A stretch of 64,000 nucleotides of DNA. It comes from Actinomycetota bacterium (GTDB lineage: Bacteria > Actinomycetota > Acidimicrobiia > Acidimicrobiales > VFJN01). The position numbers and the translations under genes were made by a program. Shown here piece by piece: positions 10,066 to 19,464 of the stretch. The notes below the pieces were generated by a model. It had not been told where the DNA came from, searched no databases, and was given only the letters and a program-made list of their open reading frames with translations. Position 1 is the first letter of the stretch, and every line of letters starts with the position of its first letter. The stretch spans positions 29,328 to 93,327 of the forward strand of contig JBMOLI010000006.1 in the NCBI GenBank assembly GCA_049325515.1. Direction: 5' to 3'.

Positions 10066-10577
10066 GCTCCCTGCACCTGCTGCGTTGCCTTGTTGCTGTC
10101 GTCACCGTCGTCGGTGTTACGGCGTGCGGTGAGGAAGACCCGGCCACCAGGGCCGCCTCCGAGCGCGTCATCGTGCCTCTCGAAGCCTCGCCAGTCCCGC
10201 CGACGCTCAACGGCCTGAAGGTCGCCGAGGAGGACATCGCCGACGTGCTGGAGGGAGCTGACCGGCCATATCTCGAGGCCGCCACGCTCTACAGCCTGCG
10301 CGAGGGCGAAGCCCTTCAGGCCACGCTCCAGGTCGGCCGCTTCGCCGCCGACGCCAAGTTCGCCGACCCGGACTTCCGCAGCTCGCTCGTGAACCGCATC
10401 GGCAACGGCGGCGCCAACGACTTCCGGATGGGTGACGACACCGTCTGGCTCACTGCCGGCGACCGCCAGTCCATCGCTGTCTGGTTCAACGAGGACCACA
10501 TCTTCGTGCTCTCAGCCCGTGAGGAGTACCCGGGCGCCCGGGCGCTGCTGCGCGAGGCCTTGGGGATCGAGCCGTGA
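10062..10577 (+). CDS. Putative lipoprotein
   Basis: TTG start in TTGA overlap with upstream stop; lipobox VTAC. Confidence 0.65.
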   Translation: MSSLHLLRCLVAVVTVVGVTACGEEDPATRAASERVIVPLEASPVPPTLNGLKVAEEDIADVLEGADRPYLEAATLYSLREGEALQATLQVGRFAADAKFADPDFRSSLVNRIGNGGANDFRMGDDTVWLTAGDRQSIAVWFNEDHIFVLSAREEYPGARALLREALGIEP

Positions 10578-11722
10578 AGCGGACCAGGGCGTTCGCAGTC
10601 GCTCTCGCTGTGCTCCTGGCGCTGACGGCGTGCGGCAAGCAAGAGAAGGACAGCGAGGAGGTCCGGGAGTTCATCGATGCCAGTGACACCCTGGCGCGCC
10701 GCTTCGTCTACACGGAGGAGACGAAGGAGCGCACGATCGTCGTCCAGGGTCTCGTCGAGGACGACTTCCGCTACAAGACGAAGGTCGTTCAGGATGGCTC
10801 GGACGTCCTTGAAGCCGTGGTGAGCGACGACTCCGTCGCTGTGCGATTCCTCGACCCTGAGCTGATCGGCGCCTGGATGGACGAAGAGGTCGCCTCGGAG
10901 GTGGATCAGGCGACCGACCTGGAGGGCATCGGCGTCCTCGACGCTCTGCGCGCTCGTCGATGGGTGCTCGACGCCGGGGGAGCACCGCCAGTGGCTCGAA
11001 GCGCCGAGCAGCTGGAGACTCAGGGCGACGACCCTCTTCTCGATGCCCTGACCGCGCTCAGCTATGTGCGAGACATCGCCGAGGCCAAGGACCTCACCCC
11101 GATGATCAAGTACAACCCTGAGGCGATCTCGCCGACCTACCGGGCCGATGAGGACCCGTTCCCGGTGCCTGAGGAGGGCTCGGGTGTGGAGCGCTACGAC
11201 GTCTACCAGCCGAAGCTCCCGTCGGCCGCGCAAGCGACGTCCGGCTCCCAGGCGGTGCTCCCGAGTGCGCTCAACTTCAGGAAGCTGGCCGTCTACGTCA
11301 AGGACGGCAGGGTCATCCAGGTGAGCGAGCACATCGGGCTGACGCCGCGGCTGCTCGATGACCTCGGCAGCTACATGCTTCAGCTCATCGACACGACGGC
11401 GCCCGAGAACATCCGGCGCGACTTTCGCGCGAGGGTCGACCGCCTGCGCGGCGAAGAGCTGGGTGAGTTCCTTCTGCAGGGCCTGAACGCAATCATCGAG
11501 ATCGCCGGAGACGAGCCGATCCGCTTCCGGAGCATGACCCTCGAGCTGCGCGACCTGGGAGCCGACGACATCGACGTGGAGCTGCCGGGGGAGACCATCC
11601 GGGGCAGCCTCGCTGTGCTCAAGAACCTGGGTCGCAAGCCGTCGATCGATGACGACGCTCCTGCCACCGGCACAGGCCCGGGAACGGGCTCAGGCACGAC
11701 AACGACGCTCGTCGATGGCTGA
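10574..11722 (+). CDS. Putative lipoprotein
   Basis: GTGA overlap; MKRTRAFAVALAVLLALTAC lipoprotein signal. Confidence 0.75.
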   Translation: MKRTRAFAVALAVLLALTACGKQEKDSEEVREFIDASDTLARRFVYTEETKERTIVVQGLVEDDFRYKTKVVQDGSDVLEAVVSDDSVAVRFLDPELIGAWMDEEVASEVDQATDLEGIGVLDALRARRWVLDAGGAPPVARSAEQLETQGDDPLLDALTALSYVRDIAEAKDLTPMIKYNPEAISPTYRADEDPFPVPEEGSGVERYDVYQPKLPSAAQATSGSQAVLPSALNFRKLAVYVKDGRVIQVSEHIGLTPRLLDDLGSYMLQLIDTTAPENIRRDFRARVDRLRGEELGEFLLQGLNAIIEIAGDEPIRFRSMTLELRDLGADDIDVELPGETIRGSLAVLKNLGRKPSIDDDAPATGTGPGTGSGTTTTLVDG

Positions 11723-12254
11723 GCCGAGCCGCCTCGCCTGCGCAGCATCTGCCGCCCTCTCGGTGATGCTGCTCGTAGCCGCTTGCAGCGGCGGCGCTAC
11801 GTCATCCGGACCGACGACGGCCGTTCCGCTGGATGGCACGCCGAGGTATCCCGATGCTGAAGGGATCGTGGTCGACATCGCGGACGACTTCTCCACCATC
11901 ACCCTCGACGGCGACCGGACCTTCGAGATCAACGAGGACGTGCAGAGCTTCTCGACGGTCGACGGCTCGGTTCAGCAGCTGCTCCGCCGCAAGGGTCAGT
12001 ACGTGCAGGTCGGTCTGAAGGAAGGCTACGTCCGCTGGATAGCGGGGATCGCCGCAGTGGTCCGTGCTCCCGGCCAGCCGCCCGTCGTGTACTACTCGGG
12101 CAACCTCGTCGAGGTGCGCGGCGAGCACGCAGTGTTCGAGGACGGGACCGTGCTGACGCTCTCCGAGGAGCTCGATGCTCCTCCTACCGGTGCCCGGTAC
12201 ACCGCAACCATCAGCGCAGACGAGCACGTCGTGATCTCGCTCTCGCGGGCCTGA
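11715..12254 (+). CDS. Putative lipoprotein
   Basis: Overlaps upstream stop; lipobox VAAC; beta-rich body. Confidence 0.65.
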   Translation: MAEPSRLACAASAALSVMLLVAACSGGATSSGPTTAVPLDGTPRYPDAEGIVVDIADDFSTITLDGDRTFEINEDVQSFSTVDGSVQQLLRRKGQYVQVGLKEGYVRWIAGIAAVVRAPGQPPVVYYSGNLVEVRGEHAVFEDGTVLTLSEELDAPPTGARYTATISADEHVVISLSRA

Positions 12255-12673
12255 TGCCTCTCTGGGGGCGAACAGTGCTCAGGTCGGTCGTCGCTGGCCT
12301 GGTTACGTTCGGCGCGGTGTACCTCGGCGTCACCAGCATGCGCGGTGATCCAAAGGTCAGCACCGCTGAAGCCGATGAAGACGCCCTCGGCGTGGCCGAT
12401 GCGATCGCGATGGACCGAGGCTCGAGGGTCGCGGTGCGTGGGTTCGTGTTCATCGACGCGAACGTCGGGGAGCTGCTCTGCTCGGCTCGCCGCAACGACG
12501 ACCCCCCGACGTGTGACGGGGTTGCCCTGACCCTCATCAACCTCGACACGAACCGTCTCGACCTCGATGTGCCTGACGACACCGAGGGCAGCTACGACGC
12601 CTGGAGCCGCGACATCGTGACCCTGATCGGGCGAGCCGACCGAACGACGTTCGTGGTCGACGACATCCTCTAG
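12254..12673 (+). CDS. Membrane-anchored small protein, possibly OB-fold
   Basis: TGATG coupling; N-terminal TM; VAVRGFVF...LC...PPTC pattern. Confidence 0.65.
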   Translation: MPLWGRTVLRSVVAGLVTFGAVYLGVTSMRGDPKVSTAEADEDALGVADAIAMDRGSRVAVRGFVFIDANVGELLCSARRNDDPPTCDGVALTLINLDTNRLDLDVPDDTEGSYDAWSRDIVTLIGRADRTTFVVDDIL

Positions 12674-12736
12674 CAACCAACGTCTGTGAACCCCCGCGTC
12701 CGCATGTCGGCCGCCCGGGTTCACAGACGTTGGTTG
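12674..12736. repeat. 63-bp palindromic extragenic element, family A copy 1
   Basis: CAACCAACGTCTGTGAAC-N27-GTTCACAGACGTTGGTTG, directly after a TAG stop. Confidence 0.95.
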
Positions 12737-12817
12737 GTGGACTGGTGGCTGGCGAGATGGGCGGCCAGACTGACGCCCACGCCAGACAGGACCAGAACCC
12801 ATCGAGGAGGGGCTCGC

Positions 12818-14017
12818 ATGCCCGAAGCCGTCATCGTCTCGACCGCCCGCACGCCGATCGGCCGGGCCAACAAGGGCAGCCTCACCGAGTGCCGGCCCGA
12901 TGACCTTGCGGGGTTCATCATCAAGGACGTCCTCGCCAAGACGCCGCAGCTCGACCCCCAGCAGGTCGAAGACGTGATCCTCGGGTGCGGCCAACCCGGT
13001 GGTGAGGCTGGCTACAACGTGGGTCGGGTGGCAGCGCTGCTCGCCGGCCTGCCCGATGTCCCGGGCGTCACCGTCAACCGCTACTGCTCGTCGTCGCTCC
13101 AGACGATCCGCATGGCCGCACACGCCATCAAGGCCGGCGAGGGCGATGTCTTCGTGGCCGCGGGGGTCGAGACGGTCAGCCGCTACATGCACGGCGCTTC
13201 GGACACCGGACCGCACAACCCGCTGTTCGCTGACGCTGAGGCCCGCACGAGCGAGCGCACGGGCGGCGCCGACAGCTGGGAGCCCCCGGCAGGGCTGCCC
13301 GACATCTACATCGCGATGGGCCAGACGGCCGAGAACGTCGTGCTGGCGGAGAACGTCTCGCGCGAGGAGATGGACGAGTGGGGTGCCCGCTCGCAGCAGC
13401 GTGCGGTGGCAGCGCAGGAGCGCGGCTTCTTCGAGCGCGAGATCACGCCTGTGACGCTGTCGGACGGCACCGTCGTGTCCAAGGACGACGGGCCTCGTGC
13501 CGGCACCACGGTCGAGAAGCTGGCCGAGCTGAAGCCGGTCTTCCGCCCAGACGGCAAGGTCACTGCCGGCAACGCATGCCCGCTGAACGATGGCGCCGCC
13601 GCTGTCGTCGTGATGAGCGACACCAAGGCGGCTGAGCTGGGCATCACGCCCCTCGCTCGCATCGTGTCGTCGGGTGTGACGGGCCTCAACCCGGAGATCA
13701 TGGGGATGGGCCCGGTCGAGGCATGCCGCATGGCGCTGAAGCGTGCCGGCCTCACGATCGACGACATCGACCTCGTGGAGATCAACGAGGCGTTCGCGGC
13801 GCAGGTCCTGCCGTCGATGAAGCACCTCGGCATCGACCCTGAGAAGCTCAACGTGAACGGTGGAGCCATCGCGCTGGGCCACCCCTTCGGCATGACCGGT
13901 GCGCGCATCATGACCACCTTGATCAACGGCCTTCAGGACTCCGGCGGTCGCTACGGCCTCGAGTCGATGTGCGTCGGTGGTGGCCAGGGCATGGCCATGG
14001 TGATCGAGCGCCTCTGA
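12818..14017 (+). CDS. Acetyl-CoA C-acyltransferase (thiolase)
   Basis: RBS GAGGAGG; NRYCSSS, NEAFA, GHPFGMTG, CVGGGQG. Confidence 0.95.
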   Translation: MPEAVIVSTARTPIGRANKGSLTECRPDDLAGFIIKDVLAKTPQLDPQQVEDVILGCGQPGGEAGYNVGRVAALLAGLPDVPGVTVNRYCSSSLQTIRMAAHAIKAGEGDVFVAAGVETVSRYMHGASDTGPHNPLFADAEARTSERTGGADSWEPPAGLPDIYIAMGQTAENVVLAENVSREEMDEWGARSQQRAVAAQERGFFEREITPVTLSDGTVVSKDDGPRAGTTVEKLAELKPVFRPDGKVTAGNACPLNDGAAAVVVMSDTKAAELGITPLARIVSSGVTGLNPEIMGMGPVEACRMALKRAGLTIDDIDLVEINEAFAAQVLPSMKHLGIDPEKLNVNGGAIALGHPFGMTGARIMTTLINGLQDSGGRYGLESMCVGGGQGMAMVIERL

Positions 14018-14042
14018 CATCGACGTGACGCCACCCAGTCGC

Positions 14043-16349
14043 TCAATCGGGCGGCTGGGTGGTCGTAGTCGTGGTGGTGGTCGTCGTCGACGACGACGAT
14101 GTCGTGGTCGGCTTCCCACCGCCTTTGCCTGTGGTGATGGTGGTCTGCAGCGGGCCGCTCGTCGTCGTCGGCCCGCGAACGACGATCGACGTCTCCGCGC
14201 CGTATCTCGACCCCGCCCCGCTGTCGCAGCGGGCGATGACGCGGTAGGAGCCGGGAGCCAGGTCCGCAGGGATCACCAGTGTGGCTGTCCGCTCATCTGC
14301 GGTGGAGCCGGTGTCGGGAGGGCTGGCCACCGGCGTGCCGTCCAGTACCACCCACCACGACGCACGGCAGAAGCTGAAACCCACACCGCGCACCGTGATG
14401 GTGGCGCCGGGGTCGACCTCGCTGGGCTCTGCTGTCAGCGTGGCCGGCTGGTCCTCCTCGAGGAGCTCGGCCGGCGGGGCCGGGAAGTCCACCGCCTCCC
14501 GATCACGGAGCGCCTCGGCCATGAACTTGGCCCATATCTGGGCCGGGAACGATCCGCCTGTCACGGCGCGACCCTGCACGTCATCCATCGGAGTGGAGGC
14601 CTCGGGGTGACCCATCCAGACCACCGCTGCGTAGCCAGGTACGTAGCCCGCGAACCAGGCGTCCACGTTGTCCTGGGTGGTGCCCGTCTTGCCGGCTGCG
14701 GGCCGGCCGATCTCGGCGCCGCGCCCTGTGCCGCTCTCGATGACACCGCGCAGGGCGTGGGTGACCGCCCTTGCCACGTCGGGCTCGATCGCCTCAGCCT
14801 CTGGCTCGCGTCGGTCTGGCTCCCAGATGACCCGCCCGTCGCCGTCCTCGATGCGCGCGATGGCATACGGCTCGAGCCTGGTGCCGTCATCCGCCAGCGT
14901 CAGGTAGGCGCTCGCCAGGTCGAGCGGTGACACCTCCTCCACGCCGAGCGCGATCGATGCGACCGGTTCGAGCTCGGCATCGATCCCCATGGCCTCGGCG
15001 GCAGCTGCGACAGCGTCGGGCCCGACCTTCTCCAGCAGCTGCGCGTAGACCGTGTTCACCGACCGGGCGGTCGCCTCGGCCAACGTGAGGTCGCCGTAGC
15101 CTTCGCCCCCGTAGTTGCTCACCTTCCAGGTCTCGCCGCCGAGCTCGAGCTCGATCCGGGGCGGGGCGGCGAACCGCTCACCCAGCTTGATGCCATCCTC
15201 TAGGGCGGCTTCGAGCACGAAGGGCTTGAAGGCCGAGCCCGGCTGGCGCCCAGAGCCCCCGCCGTCCTGCCCCCGAGCCAGGTCAACCTGGAGCTCCTCG
15301 AAGTCGCGCCCGCCGACGTGCGCCCTGATGGCCCCGTCCATGTCGAGCGCTACGAGTGCCGCTTGCGGGCCGGCAGGATCCGTGAGGACCTCGGCGACGG
15401 CCGCCTCGGCGGCCGCCTGGGCGTCGAGGTCGAGCGTCGTCACGACGCGCAGGCCCTTGCCGTAGACGGCGTCCTCGCCCACCGCATGGATCGTCTGCTC
15501 GCGGATCCACTCGACGAAGTGCGGCGCCAGGCCAGCCGTCAGGGTGATGGGTCGAGTGCGCGGGGTGGCGACGATCGGCTTCGAGCGCGCTGCCTCGGCC
15601 TCGGCCTGGCTGATCTCGCCGACCTCGACGAGGTCGTCCAACACGGTCGAGCGGCGGCGCTCGGCCTCCTTCATGTCCTCAGCTGGGTCCGCCGCCTCGG
15701 GCGACTTCAGCAGGCCGACCAGCAGCGCCGCCTGGCCCAGGTCGAGATCCTTGGCGCTCGAGTCGAAGTACGAGCGCGCGGCGGCCTCGATGCCGTAGGC
15801 GCCCCTTCCGAAGTACACCGTGTTGAGGTAGCGCTCGAGGATCTCGTCCTTGTCGGCGGTGCGCTCGAGCTTCACGGACAGCACGGCCTCGCGAGCCTTG
15901 CGCCACAGCGACCGCTCACCGTTGAGGTACTCGTTCTTGACGAGCTGCTGCGTCAGCGTCGAGCCGCCTTGCACGTCATCGCTCGTCAGATTGACCCAGA
16001 GCGCCCGCGAGACGCCGACAGGGTCGACGCCGTCATGGTCGAAGAAGCGGCGATCCTCGGCGGCTATCAGCGCGTCGACCACGACCGGTGCGACCTCGTC
16101 CAGCGACACCTCGAAGCGCTGCCCGTCCTGAGACAGGACGGCCAGCTCGCGGCCCTTGGCGTCGACCACCAGGGCTGAGCGGATCTTCGGTGGGTCCGCG
16201 GGGAGCTCGACCGCCTGCCACAGCACCGCCAGCCCCGCGACTCCGAGGGCACCGAGACCTCCAAGGGCAAGAGCCGGCCATCGGACCCAACGCGGCAGCC
16301 CGCGCCAGCGATGGCGCGCGCGCCTCAACAGCTCCGATGGACGTGCCAC
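14043..16349 (-). CDS. Class A penicillin-binding protein (transglycosylase/transpeptidase) with C-terminal Ig-like domain and Thr-rich tail
   Basis: EDRRFFDHDG, GGSTLTQQLVKN, KDEILERYLN; SAFK, SVN and KTG motifs. Confidence 0.95.
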   Translation of the reverse strand: MARPSELLRRARHRWRGLPRWVRWPALALGGLGALGVAGLAVLWQAVELPADPPKIRSALVVDAKGRELAVLSQDGQRFEVSLDEVAPVVVDALIAAEDRRFFDHDGVDPVGVSRALWVNLTSDDVQGGSTLTQQLVKNEYLNGERSLWRKAREAVLSVKLERTADKDEILERYLNTVYFGRGAYGIEAAARSYFDSSAKDLDLGQAALLVGLLKSPEAADPAEDMKEAERRRSTVLDDLVEVGEISQAEAEAARSKPIVATPRTRPITLTAGLAPHFVEWIREQTIHAVGEDAVYGKGLRVVTTLDLDAQAAAEAAVAEVLTDPAGPQAALVALDMDGAIRAHVGGRDFEELQVDLARGQDGGGSGRQPGSAFKPFVLEAALEDGIKLGERFAAPPRIELELGGETWKVSNYGGEGYGDLTLAEATARSVNTVYAQLLEKVGPDAVAAAAEAMGIDAELEPVASIALGVEEVSPLDLASAYLTLADDGTRLEPYAIARIEDGDGRVIWEPDRREPEAEAIEPDVARAVTHALRGVIESGTGRGAEIGRPAAGKTGTTQDNVDAWFAGYVPGYAAVVWMGHPEASTPMDDVQGRAVTGGSFPAQIWAKFMAEALRDREAVDFPAPPAELLEEDQPATLTAEPSEVDPGATITVRGVGFSFCRASWWVVLDGTPVASPPDTGSTADERTATLVIPADLAPGSYRVIARCDSGAGSRYGAETSIVVRGPTTTSGPLQTTITTGKGGGKPTTTSSSSTTTTTTTTTTQPPD

Positions 16350-16482
16350 GCTTCGTGACCTACCCAGGAACAGCGGCTGACAGACTCTCGGCGCGGGTTG
16401 AAGCGCGGCCCTAGCGGCGCTTGCCGCGTGTCGGACAGTGGTGGTGACGCCGGGGTGGGTGGTGCAGGCTACCCGGGCCTGC

Positions 16483-17397
16483 TCAGGCGGTGCCGTAGAC
16501 GGGAGCCGGCGCGGGAGCGTCAGCGAGCAGGCGGTCGATGACCGGGCCGAGCTCGTCTGCGTCCCAACGGTCGCCCTTGTCAGCAGTGGGGCCGTGCTGC
16601 CACCCCGTGGCGAGCCCCACCTTGCCGCCCTCGACCTCGAACACGCGGCCGCTCACGTGCGCCGAGGCGCTCGACGCGAGCCAGGCGACCAGCGGCGACA
16701 CGTTCTCCGGCGCCATCGCGTCGAAGGCGTCGGGCTCGTCGGGCGTCGCCATCATCTCGGTGAAGACGCCCTCGGTCATGCGGGTGCGAGCGGCGGGGCA
16801 GAGCGCGTTGGCGGTCACCCCGTAGCGGCCCAGCTCGACAGCTTGGACGAGGGTGAGCGTGGCGATGCCTGCCTTGGCAGCCGAGTAGGCGGCTTGCCCG
16901 ACCGAGCCGAGGATGCCGGCGCCCGAGCTCGTGTTGATGATTCGAGCGTCAACTGGCTGACCCGCCTTCGCAAGATCGCGCCAGTGGGCCGCGGCATGCC
17001 TGGCTACCGCGAAGTGACCCTTGAGGTGCACGCGCACCACCGCGTCCCACTCATCTTCGGCGATGTTGGCGAACATGCGGTCGCGCACGAACCCAGCGTT
17101 GTTGACCACGACGTCTAGACCGCCCAGCTCGTCGAGCGCCGCCCGCACCATGCGTGCGGCTCCATCGAAGTCGGCCACGTCGTCACCGTTGGCGATGGCC
17201 TCACCTCCGGCGGCTCGGATCTCGGCCACCACCTCGCCGGCCGGACCGCTGCCACCACCGGTGCCGTCGAGCTCGCAGCCCAGATCGTTGACGACGACGC
17301 GCGCTCCCTGGCGAGCCAGCTCGAGCGCGTGTGCGCGACCGAGCCCGCGGCCCGCGCCTGTGACGAGCACCCTTCGTCCCTCGCAGATGCGACCCAT
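16483..17397 (-). CDS. SDR oxidoreductase, Rv3548c-like (HIP/steroid catabolism)
   Basis: TGAGRGLG, YSAAK; VRDRMFAN, FDAMAPENVSPLV and C-terminal PVYG closely resemble Rv3548c; start taken at ATG 17397. Confidence 0.88.
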   Translation of the reverse strand: MGRICEGRRVLVTGAGRGLGRAHALELARQGARVVVNDLGCELDGTGGGSGPAGEVVAEIRAAGGEAIANGDDVADFDGAARMVRAALDELGGLDVVVNNAGFVRDRMFANIAEDEWDAVVRVHLKGHFAVARHAAAHWRDLAKAGQPVDARIINTSSGAGILGSVGQAAYSAAKAGIATLTLVQAVELGRYGVTANALCPAARTRMTEGVFTEMMATPDEPDAFDAMAPENVSPLVAWLASSASAHVSGRVFEVEGGKVGLATGWQHGPTADKGDRWDADELGPVIDRLLADAPAPAPVYGTA

Positions 17398-17416
17398 GGC
17401 GGGCAGTCTGTCAGGA

Positions 17417-17433
17417 TCTGACGGCTCGTCAGA
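17417..17433. promoter_or_regulatory. Palindromic operator candidate TCTGACGGCTCGTCAGA
   Basis: CTGAC-N5-GTCAG, 20 bp upstream of the SDR start; same motif at 25913, 35251 and 38831. Confidence 0.75.
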
Positions 17434-17439
17434 CACCAC

Positions 17440-17495
17440 CAACCAACGTCTGTGAACCCCCATGGCCGGCATGCGGACGTACGGGTTCACAGACG
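17440..17495. repeat. Family A palindromic element copy 2 (right arm shortened)
   Basis: CAACCAACGTCTGTGAAC-N27-GTTCACAGACG. Confidence 0.93.
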
Positions 17496-17507
17496 CCAGG
17501 AGCGACC

Positions 17508-18368
17508 GTGCGATACGGGATCACGATGTTCGCAACCGACCTCAGCTGCGATGTGGTCGAGCTGGCGCGCGAAGCCGAGGCGCGCGGCCTGGAGTCGCTT
17601 TGGCTGCCGGAGCACACGCACATACCGGTGAGCCGGCGCACCCCTCCGCCCACGGGGGACGCGGAGCTGGCCGAGGAGTACAGGCGCTGCCTCGACCCGC
17701 TCGTGGCGCTGGCCGCCGCGGCTTCGGTGACGACGAGCCTGCGACTCGGCACGGGCATCCTGCTGGCGGCGCAGCGTGACCCGATCGTCACCGCCAAGGC
17801 CGTCGCGACGCTCGATCACCTGAGCGGAGGGCGGGCCGCCCTCGGGGTGGGCTTCGGGTGGAACGAGGACGAGATCGCGCAGCACGGCGTTGCGATGGCC
17901 GACCGGCGTGACGTGGCGCGCGAGCACCTGCTCGCCATGCAGGCGCTGTGGGCCGAGGACGAAGCGTCGTTCGTCGGGCGCCACGTCCAGCTCGCCCCGT
18001 CCTGGTCCTGGCCGAAGCCCACCCAGCGCTCGGTGGACGGTCGCCCTGCTGTTCCCGTGCTGCACGGCGGGGCGGCCGGGCCCAAGCTCTTCTCCCACAT
18101 CGCCGAGTACGGCGACGGCTGGATCCCGATCGGCGGGGCCGGGCTGACTGATGCGATACCCAGGTTGCGTGAGGTCGTGGCGGAGGCGGGCCGCGACCCC
18201 TCGACCCTCGAGATCATCCCGTTCGGGTCGCTGCCCGACCCAGGCAAGCTCGACCACTTCGACCAGATCGGGGTGACCGAGTGCGTCTTCCGCCTGCCGA
18301 GCGCACCTCGCGACGTCGTGCTGCCGCTGCTGGACGAGCAGGCCGCGCTGGTGGCGTCGCGCCGCTGA
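17508..18368 (+). CDS. LLM-class, probably F420-dependent oxidoreductase
   Basis: WLPEHTHIP, DPLVALAAAA, ATLDHLSGGR, GFGWN, PKP. Confidence 0.9.
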   Translation: MRYGITMFATDLSCDVVELAREAEARGLESLWLPEHTHIPVSRRTPPPTGDAELAEEYRRCLDPLVALAAAASVTTSLRLGTGILLAAQRDPIVTAKAVATLDHLSGGRAALGVGFGWNEDEIAQHGVAMADRRDVAREHLLAMQALWAEDEASFVGRHVQLAPSWSWPKPTQRSVDGRPAVPVLHGGAAGPKLFSHIAEYGDGWIPIGGAGLTDAIPRLREVVAEAGRDPSTLEIIPFGSLPDPGKLDHFDQIGVTECVFRLPSAPRDVVLPLLDEQAALVASRR

Positions 18369-18381
18369 GGACGAGCGCAAC

Positions 18382-18444
18382 CAACCAACGTCTGTGAACC
18401 GCCACGGCCGCCATGCGGACGCAGGTGTTCACAGACGTTGTTTG
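18382..18444. repeat. Family A palindromic element copy 3
   Basis: CAACCAACGTCTGTGAAC-N27-GTTCACAGACGTTGTTTG between convergent genes. Confidence 0.95.
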
Positions 18445-18455
18445 GTGGGGCGCCT

Positions 18456-19427
18456 CTAGGGCACCAGCACGACCTTGCCGGCGATCTTGCGCGACTGCAG
18501 GTCGGTGAGCACGCTGACGACGTCGTCCAGCGGGTGCTCGGTCGGTTCCACCGGGGAGATCTCGCTCGAGCCGGCCAGGCTCACAAGCTCGGCCATCAGC
18601 TCCTGGTTGCCAGCGGGATCTCTCATGGTCCATGCGCCCCAGTCGATGCCCACCACCGTGCGGTTGCTCAGCAGGATCTGGTTGGCCGGGAGCGCCGGGA
18701 TCCCTCCGCCCGCGAAGCCGATCACGATGAAGCGACCCATCCAACCGAGCGCTCGCAGTGCCGGCTCGGCGAAGCGGTCACCGACGGGATCGACTACCAC
18801 GTCCACACCGCCGCCTGCGATCTCGCGGGCTCGGGTCTTCAGATCCTCTGTCTCATAGCTGATGGTGGCTTCGGCGCCCGCCGCGACCGCAGCCGCCAGC
18901 TTGTCGTCTGACGACGCCGCGGCGATGACGCGCGCGCCGAGGTGGCGTGCGAGGTCGACCGCCGCCAGGCCGATTCCGCCCCCCGCGCCGAGCACGAGCA
19001 CCCACTCGCCGGCACGGACCTGCGTGCGGCGGGTCATGGCGAAGAGCATGGTTCCGTAGCTCTGCACCAGTGCCGCGGCCTGCCCGTAGCTCAACGTGCC
19101 GGGAATGGGGATCACCGCGCTGGCTGCCAGCTCCACGTGCGACGCGAAGCCCCCGAGCCAGGGCATGGCCAGCACCCGATCGCCGACCGCGAGGCTCGTG
19201 ACGCCGTCGCCGACCGCGACGACGTCGCCGGCCACCTCTCCGCCCGGCGTGAACGGCAGGGGCGGCTTGATCTGGTACTTGCCCTGCACGAACAGCCCGT
19301 CGACGAAGTTCACGCCGGCGGCCTTGACCGCAACGACGACGCGACCCGGTCCGGGCTCTGGGTCAGGCCTCTCTTCGATCACGAGGCGGTCGATGGGGGC
19401 GAACTCGTGGCAGACGACAGCGCGCAT
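18456..19427 (-). CDS. NADPH:quinone oxidoreductase (MDR family)
   Basis: GVNFVD, PFTPGGEVAG, LGAGGGIG, GKVVL. Confidence 0.92.
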   Translation of the reverse strand: MRAVVCHEFAPIDRLVIEERPDPEPGPGRVVVAVKAAGVNFVDGLFVQGKYQIKPPLPFTPGGEVAGDVVAVGDGVTSLAVGDRVLAMPWLGGFASHVELAASAVIPIPGTLSYGQAAALVQSYGTMLFAMTRRTQVRAGEWVLVLGAGGGIGLAAVDLARHLGARVIAAASSDDKLAAAVAAGAEATISYETEDLKTRAREIAGGGVDVVVDPVGDRFAEPALRALGWMGRFIVIGFAGGGIPALPANQILLSNRTVVGIDWGAWTMRDPAGNQELMAELVSLAGSSEISPVEPTEHPLDDVVSVLTDLQSRKIAGKVVLVP

Positions 19428-19464
19428 CCCGGGAGCATGGCACGCCTGCGCGAGGCTGCGTGTC

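Noticed and set aside
12770-12785. Possible extra operators CTGAC-N6-GCCAG (12770) and CGGAC-N4-GTCAG (44820)
   Set aside because: Each has wrong spacing and a half-site mismatch relative to the four CTGAC-N5-GTCAG sites.
12686-12817. N-terminal ORF extensions starting at GTG inside family A arms (MNPRVRM.., MNPYVRM.., VHRRWL..)
   Set aside because: These are translations of the palindrome; downstream starts fit RBS and family N-termini better (12818, 17397, 52547).
14047-14170. GTC/GTG trinucleotide-like run, also (GGCGAT)n at about 41730-41760 and RASRSSRASR at about 2925-2960
   Set aside because: They encode a Thr/Ser-rich tail, an IAIAIA TM helix and a disordered tail with mixed codons; not phase-variable SSRs.
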